A stretch of DNA of 32,000 bases from Acholeplasma laidlawii PG-8A (GTDB lineage Bacteria > Bacillota_I > Bacilli_A > Acholeplasmatales > Acholeplasmataceae): assembly GCF_000018785.1 (NCBI RefSeq), contig NC_010163.1:90001-122000 (forward strand). The letters are read 5' to 3'. Position 1 is the first letter of the stretch. Each line of letters begins with the position of its first letter. The translations under genes and the position numbers were made by a program. The notes beneath the pieces are model-generated. The model worked only from the letters and a program-made list of their open reading frames with translations. It did no database searches and was not told the origin of the DNA. This document shows positions 9,217-18,886 of this stretch, one piece after another.

Positions 9217-11460
9217 ATGAAAAAAATAGCAATTTTACTTATGATAGTAAGTAGTATCTTTCTTTTAAGTTCATGTGATATAATCACGGACTTACTAAAT
9301 GAAAAGAGTTATGAAGTGACTTTTCATATTGTTGATGAAGAAAGTTATAGTGTGATGGTAACTGATTTTACTAAGGAAGATTTTAATATAAGTCAAGTAC
9401 CCAATAAAACAGGGTATGATTTTAAAGGATGGTATTTAAATGAAGATTTCACAAATGCCTATATCCCTAAATATGAGTATGAGTCTGCATTAAACTTTTA
9501 TGCAAAGTTTGAAATAAAGACATTTGACGTAAGTATTTATGATACAGTTATGAATGAAACAAATATTTTTAAGATTAACTATGGTAGTACACTAAGTGAT
9601 ATAGAATATAGTCATGAAGGTGTTATCTTAACTGGATATAAATATATGGATGATGATGTTACATTTGATATAGCATCAGAAGTTACAACGGATTTAGACC
9701 TTTATACAGTCTTTGAATCGAGTGAAGGTTATGTACTAGTAACATTTGAAACAAACACGGATTTACCTACTATAAACAGAGTTTCAACGGCTAATATAGA
9801 AATAGAGATGCCCCAAAATCCAGTTAAAGAAGGTCAAATATTCGTTGGCTGGTTTACGGATAACACCTATTCAACATTCTATGACTTTAATGAATTAGTA
9901 ACAACAGATCTTACACTTCATGGTAAGTTTGTAACACCGACTACAATGGATTATGAAGTCGATGATACAGTGGTGAGTTTTGAAGGATTAAATGATGCCC
10001 TACAGTATCAATATTATATAAAAAACGATGAGATATTAGATGAACCATTTACTGAAACATTCACAAATTACATTGACTTAAAACCATTTGAAAGTCTATT
10101 TTTAAATGAGACAGAAATGATTGTTAAAGTAGTATTTCCATCTGGGGAACAATATGTATTGTTTAATGTATTTTTAAAGTTTGATGACCTTACAATATAT
10201 AAAGAGAACTTTGAATCCAGTGCATTTTTAGCAAGAACAAATTATTCCAATAATACAACACCAAGAATTGATGGACCATTAGATTATCAGTACAGTATCT
10301 TAAATGGTACAGCATCGACTACAAAACCGATTGAAGGTTTAAAGTCTGTACAACTTAGAAATGGCACCAATACGCCATACTTGCAAACTAACTTTTTATT
10401 AGAGGGTGTTACGAAGATTAGTTTTCTATCAAAATCTTCAAATCATAATTTATCTTTAAAGGTTTTAAATAGTTTAGGTGAAGTCTTAGAAACATACCTA
10501 TTTGAACTCACAACAACACCTACAATGTATCAAGTAGCAATCAATCAAATTGGTCCAATCAAACTTAAATTTGAACTTGTAGCAACGTCTAATATTACAA
10601 CAGGTGAACAAATATTTATAGATGATATCAGAGTATTTGGTAGTACTTCATCTAAAGTGTTAGTCGAAATTATTAAAGAAGAAGAACCAAATGCAGACCT
10701 AGAAGCCATTAGACAAGCCTTTGAAGCACATAGAAGTAAATTAACGCCTCCAGGATTTAATGCACTATCTAATGAAGGTTTACTTCAATATTACGCTTCA
10801 TTAAATGGTTTAACTGGTAATGCATTTAAAACAGAACTAACAAATATATTAGTTAATACACACAGAAGACTCATTAGTTATGATGAAGCAAGGTTTGTTC
10901 TTGAAATGTCAGATATCGTAACTAATGGAGATAAAACTTATTTAGATGGTATTTACTCTGGTCATGAAATTGTCCGTTATTGGGACGGTGGTACTACATG
11001 GGCTAGAGAACATGTTTGGCCAAACTCTAGACTAGCAATGGATAGAGTTACGGGTTCTAATAAAAACCAAGCTAGTGATGTTCATAACTTAAGAGCGATT
11101 GACCCTAGAGTAAATAGTTCTAGATCGAATAGATATTTTATGGAAGCTACAAGTTATGGACTTGTAGGAACTACTGCCTATTATCCAGGGGATAATTATA
11201 AAGGTGATGTTGCTCGTATATTATTTTATATGGTAGCAAGATATCCTGATATATTAACCTTGCGTGATGATAACATTATTGACAGTGCCTATACAAGTGA
11301 AGGTGCAGTCATGGGTGTCTTATCACTACTAATTAAGTGGCATGAAGAAGATCCTGTTTCACAGTTTGAAATAAATAGAAATAACATAATTTACAGTTTC
11401 CAAGGTAATAGAAATCCATTTATAGATTTTCCGGAGTATGTAGATGTCTACTTTAACTAG
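9217..11460 (+). CDS. Lipoprotein with InlB B-repeat-like modules and C-terminal endonuclease I-family nuclease domain
   Basis: Lipobox signal MKKIAILLMIVSSIFLLSSC; repeats such as NKTGYDFKGWYLNEDFTNAY and VKEGQIFVGWFTDNTYSTFYDFNE; C-terminus REHVWPNSRLAMDR...QASDVHNLRAIDPRVNSSRSNRYF resembles EndA/BsnI-type endonuclease I. Confidence 0.85.
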   Translation: MKKIAILLMIVSSIFLLSSCDIITDLLNEKSYEVTFHIVDEESYSVMVTDFTKEDFNISQVPNKTGYDFKGWYLNEDFTNAYIPKYEYESALNFYAKFEIKTFDVSIYDTVMNETNIFKINYGSTLSDIEYSHEGVILTGYKYMDDDVTFDIASEVTTDLDLYTVFESSEGYVLVTFETNTDLPTINRVSTANIEIEMPQNPVKEGQIFVGWFTDNTYSTFYDFNELVTTDLTLHGKFVTPTTMDYEVDDTVVSFEGLNDALQYQYYIKNDEILDEPFTETFTNYIDLKPFESLFLNETEMIVKVVFPSGEQYVLFNVFLKFDDLTIYKENFESSAFLARTNYSNNTTPRIDGPLDYQYSILNGTASTTKPIEGLKSVQLRNGTNTPYLQTNFLLEGVTKISFLSKSSNHNLSLKVLNSLGEVLETYLFELTTTPTMYQVAINQIGPIKLKFELVATSNITTGEQIFIDDIRVFGSTSSKVLVEIIKEEEPNADLEAIRQAFEAHRSKLTPPGFNALSNEGLLQYYASLNGLTGNAFKTELTNILVNTHRRLISYDEARFVLEMSDIVTNGDKTYLDGIYSGHEIVRYWDGGTTWAREHVWPNSRLAMDRVTGSNKNQASDVHNLRAIDPRVNSSRSNRYFMEATSYGLVGTTAYYPGDNYKGDVARILFYMVARYPDILTLRDDNIIDSAYTSEGAVMGVLSLLIKWHEEDPVSQFEINRNNIIYSFQGNRNPFIDFPEYVDVYFN

Positions 11461-12004
11461 ATGCCACTGGGCAAATTCAACAGAAAACATGGCGCACTAT
11501 CATGATCATGAATGGGGTGTACCGTTATATGATGATCTTAAACTATTTCAAAAGTTACTTTTAGACATGCAACAAGCAGGACTGTCTTGGTCAATTGTTT
11601 TAAACAAGCGAAAAGATATCTTAGAAGCGTTTGATAACTTTGATCCATACATCATGATAAATTATGATGAACAAAAATTAAATAGTTTATTAACTAACCC
11701 TAAGATTATTAGAAATAGGCTTAAAATAGAAGCTATGATTCATAATGCTAAAATGTATATTAAACATTTTGGACAGATTAATAGTTTTTCGGACTTCTTA
11801 TGGTCCTATGTGGACCATAAAGTAGTCGTACACGACATTAAAGTACCTAAAGATACACCAACTGAAACAGATATATCTAAACTTATCAGTAGAGATTTAA
11901 AAAGATTAGGATTTAAATTTGTAGGCAGTATTACAATTTATGCCTTCTTACAAGCAGTTGGTATCTATAATGATCATCAAAATGATTGTTTTAAAAAAAG
12001 ATAA
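11444..12004 (+). CDS. tag: DNA-3-methyladenine glycosylase I
   Basis: RCHWANSTENMAHYHDHEWGVPLYDDLKLFQKLLLDMQQAGLSWSIVLNKR; C-terminal QAVGIYNDHQNDCF (Cys/His zinc ligand pattern retained). Confidence 0.93.
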   Translation: MSTLTRCHWANSTENMAHYHDHEWGVPLYDDLKLFQKLLLDMQQAGLSWSIVLNKRKDILEAFDNFDPYIMINYDEQKLNSLLTNPKIIRNRLKIEAMIHNAKMYIKHFGQINSFSDFLWSYVDHKVVVHDIKVPKDTPTETDISKLISRDLKRLGFKFVGSITIYAFLQAVGIYNDHQNDCFKKR

Positions 12005-12019
12005 CAGGAGAACAAAGTC

Positions 12020-13711
12020 ATGAAGTTTAATGAATATACATATGAAAGACCTAACTTAGAGGATTTAAAATCTAAATTAGAAACACTGACAAAAGATTTA
12101 ACTGAAGCACAAGATGCTAAAGAAGCATTAAGTGTTGTCAAACTATACCACAAGATCATGGATAATGTGGATACACAAATGCAACTGGTTTTAATTAGAC
12201 ACTCTATTGATACATCGAATACCTTTTATGATGATGAACAGGCATTTGTTGATAATGCTGCGCCTTTAATTGAATCCTCTGCTGTTAAGTTTACTAATGC
12301 ACTTTTATCATCTAAATTTAGAAGTGAATTAGAAGCATCACTTGGTGAACTACTCTTTAAAAAAGCAGAACTGAGTAACAAAACATTTAATGATGAAGTC
12401 ATTGGTGACTTACAGTTAGAAAACAAATATACAACAGAGTATGTCAAAATTAGATCAAGTGCTCAAATAGCGTTTGAAGGTAAAGTTTATAACTTATCTC
12501 AAATGGCACCTTTTACAACACATAAAGATAGAAAAATTAGAAAAGAAGCAGCGAAAGCAGTATCTAATTGGTATAAAGAAAAAGAGTCCGCTTTTGATGA
12601 AGTCTATGATAACCTAGTTAAAGTACGTACAACAATCGCAACCAAATTAGGATATGAAAACTTCATCCAATTAGGTTATGATAGATTAAAACGTGTAGAC
12701 TATCATGCAGAAGATGTTCAATCCTATCGAAAACAAATTGCAGAAAAAATAGTACCAGTCGTAAGTGATTTGATGAAACGTCGTCAAAAAAGATTAGACT
12801 TAGATAAGATGATGAGCTATGACTTAGGGTTAACCTTCTTAAATGGAAACCCAGAACCTAAAGGTGATAGAGCATGGCAAGTCGATCAAGCAATTAAGAT
12901 GTATGATGAATTAAGTCCTGAAACATCCAAATTCTTTAGATTTTTAGTGGATAGCGAATTACTAGATTTAGACAGTAAAGCCAACAAAGAAGGTGGTGGA
13001 TATTGTACATATATCCCAGATTATGAAGCACCATTTATCTTTGCTAACTTTAATGGTACATCAGGCGACGTCGATGTATTAACCCATGAAGCAGGACATG
13101 CTTTCCAAGTGTATATGTCTAAAGACTTAATACCAGAATATAGATGGCCAGGCTATGAAGCTGCTGAAATTCACTCGATGAGTATGGAGTTTCTAGCATG
13201 GCCATATATGGAGTTATTCTTTAAAGAAGATACAGACAAATATAAGTTTGCTCACCTTTCTGGGGGACTTGAATTTTTACCATATGGGGCACTTGTTGAC
13301 CACTTCCAACACGAGGTATATGGTAACCCTAATATGACACCTAAAATGCGTAAAGATACTTGGAAAAAGTTAGAAAAAATCTATCAACCTTGGAAGATTT
13401 ATGAAGAACTAGATCCAGTTGGTGAAGGTTTATTTTGGTTTAGACAAGGACATATCTTCCAAGATCCATTCTATTATATTGATTATACACTTGCTCAAGT
13501 ACTAGCATTTGACTTCTGGGGACACAATCAAAAAGACCCTAAAAAGACTTGGGAACGCTATCTAGAGTTATGTAAGATGGGTGGCCAATATAGTTTTGTA
13601 AGACTCCTTAATGAAGCTAAATTGCCAAATCCATTTATCGATGGCACGATTGAAGAGATTTTAAAACCCGTCAATGCTTATTTAAGTAGCATTGATGATT
13701 CTAAATTTTAA
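12020..13711 (+). CDS. M3-family oligoendopeptidase (PepF-like)
   Basis: HEAGHAFQ zinc metalloprotease motif, EIHSMSMEF, overall PepF-like architecture; AGGAG SD. Confidence 0.92.
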   Translation: MKFNEYTYERPNLEDLKSKLETLTKDLTEAQDAKEALSVVKLYHKIMDNVDTQMQLVLIRHSIDTSNTFYDDEQAFVDNAAPLIESSAVKFTNALLSSKFRSELEASLGELLFKKAELSNKTFNDEVIGDLQLENKYTTEYVKIRSSAQIAFEGKVYNLSQMAPFTTHKDRKIRKEAAKAVSNWYKEKESAFDEVYDNLVKVRTTIATKLGYENFIQLGYDRLKRVDYHAEDVQSYRKQIAEKIVPVVSDLMKRRQKRLDLDKMMSYDLGLTFLNGNPEPKGDRAWQVDQAIKMYDELSPETSKFFRFLVDSELLDLDSKANKEGGGYCTYIPDYEAPFIFANFNGTSGDVDVLTHEAGHAFQVYMSKDLIPEYRWPGYEAAEIHSMSMEFLAWPYMELFFKEDTDKYKFAHLSGGLEFLPYGALVDHFQHEVYGNPNMTPKMRKDTWKKLEKIYQPWKIYEELDPVGEGLFWFRQGHIFQDPFYYIDYTLAQVLAFDFWGHNQKDPKKTWERYLELCKMGGQYSFVRLLNEAKLPNPFIDGTIEEILKPVNAYLSSIDDSKF

Positions 13712-13715
13712 ATAA

Positions 13716-13747
13716 CAAAAATCCTATCAGCACGATAGGATTTTTTT
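13716..13747. terminator. Bidirectional Rho-independent terminator between convergent genes
   Basis: AAAAATCCTATC-AGCAC-GATAGGATTTTTTT; T-run on both strands. Confidence 0.9.
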
Positions 13748-13761
13748 ATGGATGTATAAAA

Positions 13762-14172
13762 TTAATCAACGAGTTTTACAAAATCTAAATTCAGTACATG
13801 ATCATAGACTTGATACAGCAGTTTTTCTAGTATATCAAGATGAACATCATCTAATTTTTTGATGTACAAACACCCTTTTCCTGTAGTGTATTTTCCAAGA
13901 CTACTTAATATATCAAACTGGTTCACATCATACGATAAATAAAGCGTGATGGCTTGTTTTCTACTAGATAATCCAATGATAGGCATATGGCCAGAGGTGT
14001 TGGTAGAATACTTGTAAAATAGATTACCATAACCGATGATGCTACTACCCCAAAGTTTTGGAGATCTACCAGTCACTTTTGAAAGTAAATTGGTAAGTAC
14101 CAAAATATCTTCTAATCTATTCGGTTCAAGTGTGGATAAATAATTATCAATATGTGTACTGGTTATTTCCAT
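13762..14172 (-). CDS. DUF1801-like protein
   Basis: VTGRSPKLWGSSIIGYGNLFYKYSTNTSGHMPIIGLSSRKQAITLYLS pattern. Confidence 0.75.
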   Translation of the reverse strand: MEITSTHIDNYLSTLEPNRLEDILVLTNLLSKVTGRSPKLWGSSIIGYGNLFYKYSTNTSGHMPIIGLSSRKQAITLYLSYDVNQFDILSSLGKYTTGKGCLYIKKLDDVHLDILEKLLYQVYDHVLNLDFVKLVD

Positions 14173-15031
14173 GGTTGTTACCTCTTAGGTACTGATTGAT
14201 GCCATGAGCAGCCATGAAGCCGTCATGTATTGCTTTTGGGATTTGTAGCATGCCACCAACACAGTCGCCTGCTGCAAATAAGCCCTTGATATTTGTTTGC
14301 ATGAAGTTATCGACAACGATATTATCATCTTTCATAAGTACACCTAATTTCAAGGATAACTCGGTTGCCATCGGGTGACCAATCGCTAGAAAGACGCCAT
14401 TGACTTGATACGTATCTTTAATTGTCTTAATATGTGTTAGTCGCTTTTCACCAAGAAATGCGACTAATTTATCTTGAATCACTGGATATTTTTTATGTGT
14501 ATAGGGTGAGCCATTTGTGAATATCATAATATCTTTAGTATAGTTTTCTAAGGTTTCAAGTTCATGTTCTAAATAAGCACCATTTCCGATTAAAGCGACT
14601 TTTTTATTTTTGTAAAATAAGCCGTCACAAGTTGTACATAAATGAATACCTTTAGATTTAAATGCTTGATATCCTTCTAACTTGATTTGAACTCTAGGTT
14701 TACCTGTAGATAAGACAACTGTCTTAGCTTCATAGGTTTGGTGTGTGGTTGTTACTACAAAGTGATCTGTAAAATCTTCGATATTTAAAACAGATTCATT
14801 TTTAACTTCAATACCAAGTTGACGTGACTGCATGATACCTTTAGTAATTAACTGTTCACCAGCAATAGGACCATGGCCATAGAGATTATCTATCACATCT
14901 AAATTAGAAAGTTGACCTTTATCTTTACCTAATACTAATACAGAATGATTTAACTTTCTTAAATTGATAGCAGTAGATATACCAGCTGGACCAACACCAA
15001 TAACGATAGCATCAATCATATACTTAACCAA
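14147..15031 (-). CDS. Thioredoxin reductase-like FAD-dependent oxidoreductase
   Basis: IGVGPAGISTAINLRKLNHSVLVLG FAD-binding motif, redox CTTCDG, C-terminal NIKGLFAAGDCVGGMLQIPKAIHDGFMAA; the start may be the Met at codon 5. Confidence 0.88.
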   Translation of the reverse strand: MVKYMIDAIVIGVGPAGISTAINLRKLNHSVLVLGKDKGQLSNLDVIDNLYGHGPIAGEQLITKGIMQSRQLGIEVKNESVLNIEDFTDHFVVTTTHQTYEAKTVVLSTGKPRVQIKLEGYQAFKSKGIHLCTTCDGLFYKNKKVALIGNGAYLEHELETLENYTKDIMIFTNGSPYTHKKYPVIQDKLVAFLGEKRLTHIKTIKDTYQVNGVFLAIGHPMATELSLKLGVLMKDDNIVVDNFMQTNIKGLFAAGDCVGGMLQIPKAIHDGFMAAHGINQYLRGNNHGNNQYTY

Positions 15032-15327
15032 CTTTCTATATCTTGATAACTGTGTAACCCAGCTAATTCTTTAATGGGGTTACCGTGTTCAAATAAAATC
15101 ATTGTAGGTAGACTAAAAATGTCATATGCATCAGCAAGTTCACTTTCGGTTTCACAATTAATTTTGAAAACTTTTATCTTTCCATAGTAATCATCAGATA
15201 TATCTTCTAAAATATTTAAAAGAGACTGACAACTTTTACAAGTAGGTCCATAAAACTCTATTAATACATAACCTGAAGTTTCATGTACATGTTTCATAAA
15301 ATTTTCTTTAGTTAAATCAAACAACAT
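15016..15327 (-). CDS. Thioredoxin-like protein (CKSC active site)
   Basis: GYVLIEFYGPTCKSCQSLLNILEDISDDYYGKIKVFKINCETESELADAYDIFSLPTMILFEHG; overlaps the reductase start. Confidence 0.9.
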   Translation of the reverse strand: MLFDLTKENFMKHVHETSGYVLIEFYGPTCKSCQSLLNILEDISDDYYGKIKVFKINCETESELADAYDIFSLPTMILFEHGNPIKELAGLHSYQDIESWLSI

Positions 15328-15519
15328 TGGGTATCACATCCTTATAAGCATATATTTATTATAACCCAATACAGTGTATAATTTTAACAAATAGAACCTA
15401 TATGTGAAACTTACAAAAAAAATATAAATATACCATAAACTGATTTTAGACTAAGTGCATCACCAAAATAGGTGTGAATAATGATATAATAAAAAGAAGC
15501 AAGATTGGTGGTTATTATT

Positions 15520-16329
15520 TTGATAAAAGTAGAAAATTTAAATTTTACATATGATGAAACTAAAGAGACAATCAAGGACTTAAGTTTTAACATACCTAAA
15601 GGTAGTTGGGTATCTATTTTAGGTCATAATGGTAGTGGTAAATCCACATTAGCCAAACTCTTAGTTGGATTACTTAAAGCTGAAAGTGGCAATATTTATA
15701 TTGATGATATCGTATTAACAGAAGATACAGTCAATGATGTTAGAAAAAAGGTGGGTATTGTATTTCAAAACCCAGATAACCAATTTGTTGGTGTCACAGT
15801 CAGACATGATATAGCTTTTGGTTTAGAAAATATGCAAGTACCTCAAAAAGAGATTGTTGAACGCGTTGAAACATATGCGAAGTTAGTAGGGATGGAAGAT
15901 TATCTTAAAAAAGAACCATTCCAATTATCTGGGGGACAAAAACAAAGAGTTGCGATCGCTGGTGCGCTTGCAATGCATAAAGATTTAATTATTTTTGATG
16001 AAGCGACTTCGATGTTAGATCCAGAAGGTGTAGCTGAAGTAACTTCTTTAATTACAAAACTTAACCAAGAACAACAACAAACAATTATTACGATTACCCA
16101 TGATTTAGATTTTGCTTTAAAAAGTGATTATGCAATCATCTTAAAAGATGGCCAGTTAATGGCTGAAGGCAAACCCTCTGAACTGTTTTTACAACAAGAA
16201 TTATTAGAACAATCTAAATTAACAATACCTTTAGGCTTAAAGGTATATATTGACGTGTTAAATGATAACGAACTAAAAAATAATAAAAAATTGGTAGATG
16301 AACTATGGACATACAATTTAAAGAAGTAG
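15520..16329 (+). CDS. ecfA1: ECF transporter ATPase EcfA1 (track start 15505; TTG at 15520 preferred)
   Basis: GHNGSGKSTLAKLLVGLL Walker A, LSGGQKQRVAIAGALAM signature, LIIFDEATSMLDP Walker B; GGTGG-like SD before TTG at 15520. Confidence 0.93.
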   Translation: MIKVENLNFTYDETKETIKDLSFNIPKGSWVSILGHNGSGKSTLAKLLVGLLKAESGNIYIDDIVLTEDTVNDVRKKVGIVFQNPDNQFVGVTVRHDIAFGLENMQVPQKEIVERVETYAKLVGMEDYLKKEPFQLSGGQKQRVAIAGALAMHKDLIIFDEATSMLDPEGVAEVTSLITKLNQEQQQTIITITHDLDFALKSDYAIILKDGQLMAEGKPSELFLQQELLEQSKLTIPLGLKVYIDVLNDNELKNNKKLVDELWTYNLKK

Positions 16330-17150
16330 GACACGCCTACAAAGGATTTAAGGAACTATATCACGCAATCAGCAATATCAACTTGACTATTCATGAAACG
16401 GGTGAGTTCATTGCGATTGTAGGTCAAACAGGTAGTGGTAAATCCACACTTGTACAACACCTTAATGTACTTATGCGTCCTACATCTGGAAAAATAAATA
16501 TTTTAGGTACAACGCTACCTTCAAAAAAGAAAATCAAAGTGAACCACTTACGTCAAAAGGTCGGTTTAGTTTTTCAATTTCCAGAGTACCAATTATTTGA
16601 AGTAAACATTTTAAAGGATGTTGAGTTTGGTCCTTCAAACTTTAAAGAAACTAAAGCTCATGCACATGAGTATGCTAAAGAAGCACTACAGGTTGTAGGT
16701 ATAGATGAATCTTTATACCATGAATCACCATTTAGAATATCTGGTGGTCAAATGAGAAGAGTAGCGATTGCAGGTATTCTTGCTATGAAACCACATATTT
16801 TAGTATTAGATGAACCAACACGTGGTTTAGATCCTCAAGGTAAAGATGATATTATGGATATGTTTAACGACATCCACATTAAGGAAAACAAAACCATTGT
16901 CATGATTTCTCATGACATGGATATTGTTGCTAAATACGCCAAACGCGTGGTCGTATTAGATAAAGGCCATATTGTATTTGATGGACCTAAAGAAGAGCTA
17001 TTTACACATAAAGACTTTGATACATTCCACTTAGACTATCCAACACCAATGAAAGTATTAAATCATCTGCATCATACATTAGGCTATCCTAAGAAGTTAG
17101 TACTATCCAATGATGAACTCCTTAAACATTTAAAGGAGGTACAAAAATGA
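16305..17150 (+). CDS. ecfA2: ECF transporter ATPase EcfA2
   Basis: GQTGSGKSTLVQHLN, ISGGQMRRVAIAGILAM, LVLDEPTRGLDPQG; overlaps ecfA1 by 25 nt. Confidence 0.95.
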   Translation: MDIQFKEVGHAYKGFKELYHAISNINLTIHETGEFIAIVGQTGSGKSTLVQHLNVLMRPTSGKINILGTTLPSKKKIKVNHLRQKVGLVFQFPEYQLFEVNILKDVEFGPSNFKETKAHAHEYAKEALQVVGIDESLYHESPFRISGGQMRRVAIAGILAMKPHILVLDEPTRGLDPQGKDDIMDMFNDIHIKENKTIVMISHDMDIVAKYAKRVVVLDKGHIVFDGPKEELFTHKDFDTFHLDYPTPMKVLNHLHHTLGYPKKLVLSNDELLKHLKEVQK

Positions 17151-18151
17151 ATATTAAAATAGGGCAATATATAGCAGGTAATTCTATACTACATAAACTA
17201 GATCCTAGAATTAAAATCATGAGCATGATTTTACTTATTGTAGCAATCTTTTTAGTACCAATTAATTTAGAACCGAAAAATATCATTTGGATGATTTCAT
17301 TATTCCTATTTTCATTAGGTGCTGTCTTTTTATCAGGTATTCGTATTGGCAAAGTACTTCAGGGTCTTAAAGCAATTGTTTTCTTAATGACTTTCACATT
17401 TATCATTCAACTATTTACCATTCAACCGGTAGACGAAACAGCCATACTTGACCAACCAATGACTTTAAGTCTTATATCTGTTATTGGTCTAGTATTACTA
17501 ACGTTTTTCTATCACTATTTAAAACCTAAAATTAAATTCCGTACCACTTGGTTTTTTACATATGTCATACTGATATTTGTTTTACAGTGGTTGGTTATAA
17601 TGTATGTGCCATCTTATGACTTAGTATTTAACTTTGATTATAATTTTAAAGTCTTTCCATCAGGGCTGATTCGTGGTGGATTTATCTTCTTAAGAATTAT
17701 CGCTGTGATGGTGATTGCATCGCTTCTTACATTTACAACCTCTACAATTGAATTAAATGATGGCTTAGAATCTTTAATGAAACCATTAAGAGTGATTAAA
17801 GTGCCAACCTATATTTTTTCAATGATGATTTCTTTAACACTAAGATCAATTCCAACATTACTTGTTGAAACAGATAAGATTATGAAAGCTCAAACCTCTC
17901 GTGGAGCGGACTTTAATGAATCTACACTACGTCAAAAGATTCGACAAATTATCGCACTCTTAATTCCGGTATTCGTTATTAGTTTTGATAGAGCAGATGA
18001 TTTAAGTAATGCGATGGAAGCTAGAGGCTATATTATTGGAGAACCTAGAACGAAATTGGATGTCTATAAAATCAACTATAAAGATATTATAATTTTAAGT
18101 GTTGTCATACTCATAATTATTGGATTGTTGGTGACTAGATTTGCGTTATAA
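17147..18151 (+). CDS. ecfT: ECF transporter transmembrane protein EcfT
   Basis: IGQYIAGNSILHKLDPRIKIMSMILLIVAIF; C-terminal SNAMEARGYIIGEPRTKLDVYKI. Confidence 0.95.
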   Translation: MNIKIGQYIAGNSILHKLDPRIKIMSMILLIVAIFLVPINLEPKNIIWMISLFLFSLGAVFLSGIRIGKVLQGLKAIVFLMTFTFIIQLFTIQPVDETAILDQPMTLSLISVIGLVLLTFFYHYLKPKIKFRTTWFFTYVILIFVLQWLVIMYVPSYDLVFNFDYNFKVFPSGLIRGGFIFLRIIAVMVIASLLTFTTSTIELNDGLESLMKPLRVIKVPTYIFSMMISLTLRSIPTLLVETDKIMKAQTSRGADFNESTLRQKIRQIIALLIPVFVISFDRADDLSNAMEARGYIIGEPRTKLDVYKINYKDIIILSVVILIIIGLLVTRFAL

Positions 18152-18863
18152 GGCAATTTTCAGTTATGATGGCACAAATTATAGTGGCTATCAAAAACAA
18201 ATTAATCAATTAGGTATTCAAACAGTTATCGAAAAAGCATTTAGGCTGATGACTCAAATAGATATAGAAACCTTTGCCGCCTCTAGAACAGATAAGGGGG
18301 TACATGCATTACATCAAGTACTTCATTTTGATTCAGATATTGAGTTAACATCGGATCAATGGGTAGATGCTTTAAATAAAAGACTACCTACAGATATTAG
18401 ACTGATGAAAGTTACACCAGTAAAGGATAACTTTCATGCAAGACACAGTGCAAAGTCTAAAAGATATATTTATAAAATAGCCAAACAACCATCAACAGTC
18501 TTTAGAGGTAACCACGAACTTTATGTGAAGCACTTTGACATTGATCTTGTTAAAGATCATTTGCATACAATTGTAGGTACACACGACTTTAGCGGGTTTA
18601 GTCCAAACAAAGAACATAAACCACCAATCAAAACTATTTATAGTTTTGATTATAAAGAAACCAAAACTCATTATATATTTAGCATTCATGGCAACAGCTT
18701 TTTAAGATATATGGTGCGTATTATTATGGGGAATGTGATTGCTGTAGCAACAAATAAAAAACCTCAAAACCAACTAGAAATATTACTTGAAACTAAAAAT
18801 AGAGAACTATCTGCAAAAACAGCAGATGCTAAAGGACTATATTTAAAACATATTTATTATTAA
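18141..18863 (+). CDS. truA: tRNA pseudouridine(38-40) synthase TruA
   Basis: TTG start; FSYDGTNYSGYQKQ, ASRTDKGVHALHQVLHFD, SFLRYMVRIIMGNVI. Confidence 0.95.
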   Translation: MRYKAIFSYDGTNYSGYQKQINQLGIQTVIEKAFRLMTQIDIETFAASRTDKGVHALHQVLHFDSDIELTSDQWVDALNKRLPTDIRLMKVTPVKDNFHARHSAKSKRYIYKIAKQPSTVFRGNHELYVKHFDIDLVKDHLHTIVGTHDFSGFSPNKEHKPPIKTIYSFDYKETKTHYIFSIHGNSFLRYMVRIIMGNVIAVATNKKPQNQLEILLETKNRELSAKTADAKGLYLKHIYY

Positions 18864-18886
18864 TATTAGAAAAAGGGGCATGCATT

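Noticed and set aside
11977-12447. Minus-strand ORFs 11977-12159 and 12226-12447
   Set aside because: Antisense to tag and the pepF-like gene; low-complexity artefacts.
14155-14176. Near-palindrome GGTTATTTCCATGGTTGTTACC at the TrxR-like/DUF1801-like overlap
   Set aside because: Coding-constrained overlap of two genes with an imperfect palindrome and no terminator tail; likely coincidental.
15411-15593. Minus-strand 60-aa ORF overlapping the ecfA1 start
   Set aside because: Spans the ecfA1 promoter and coding start; no SD and no recognisable features.
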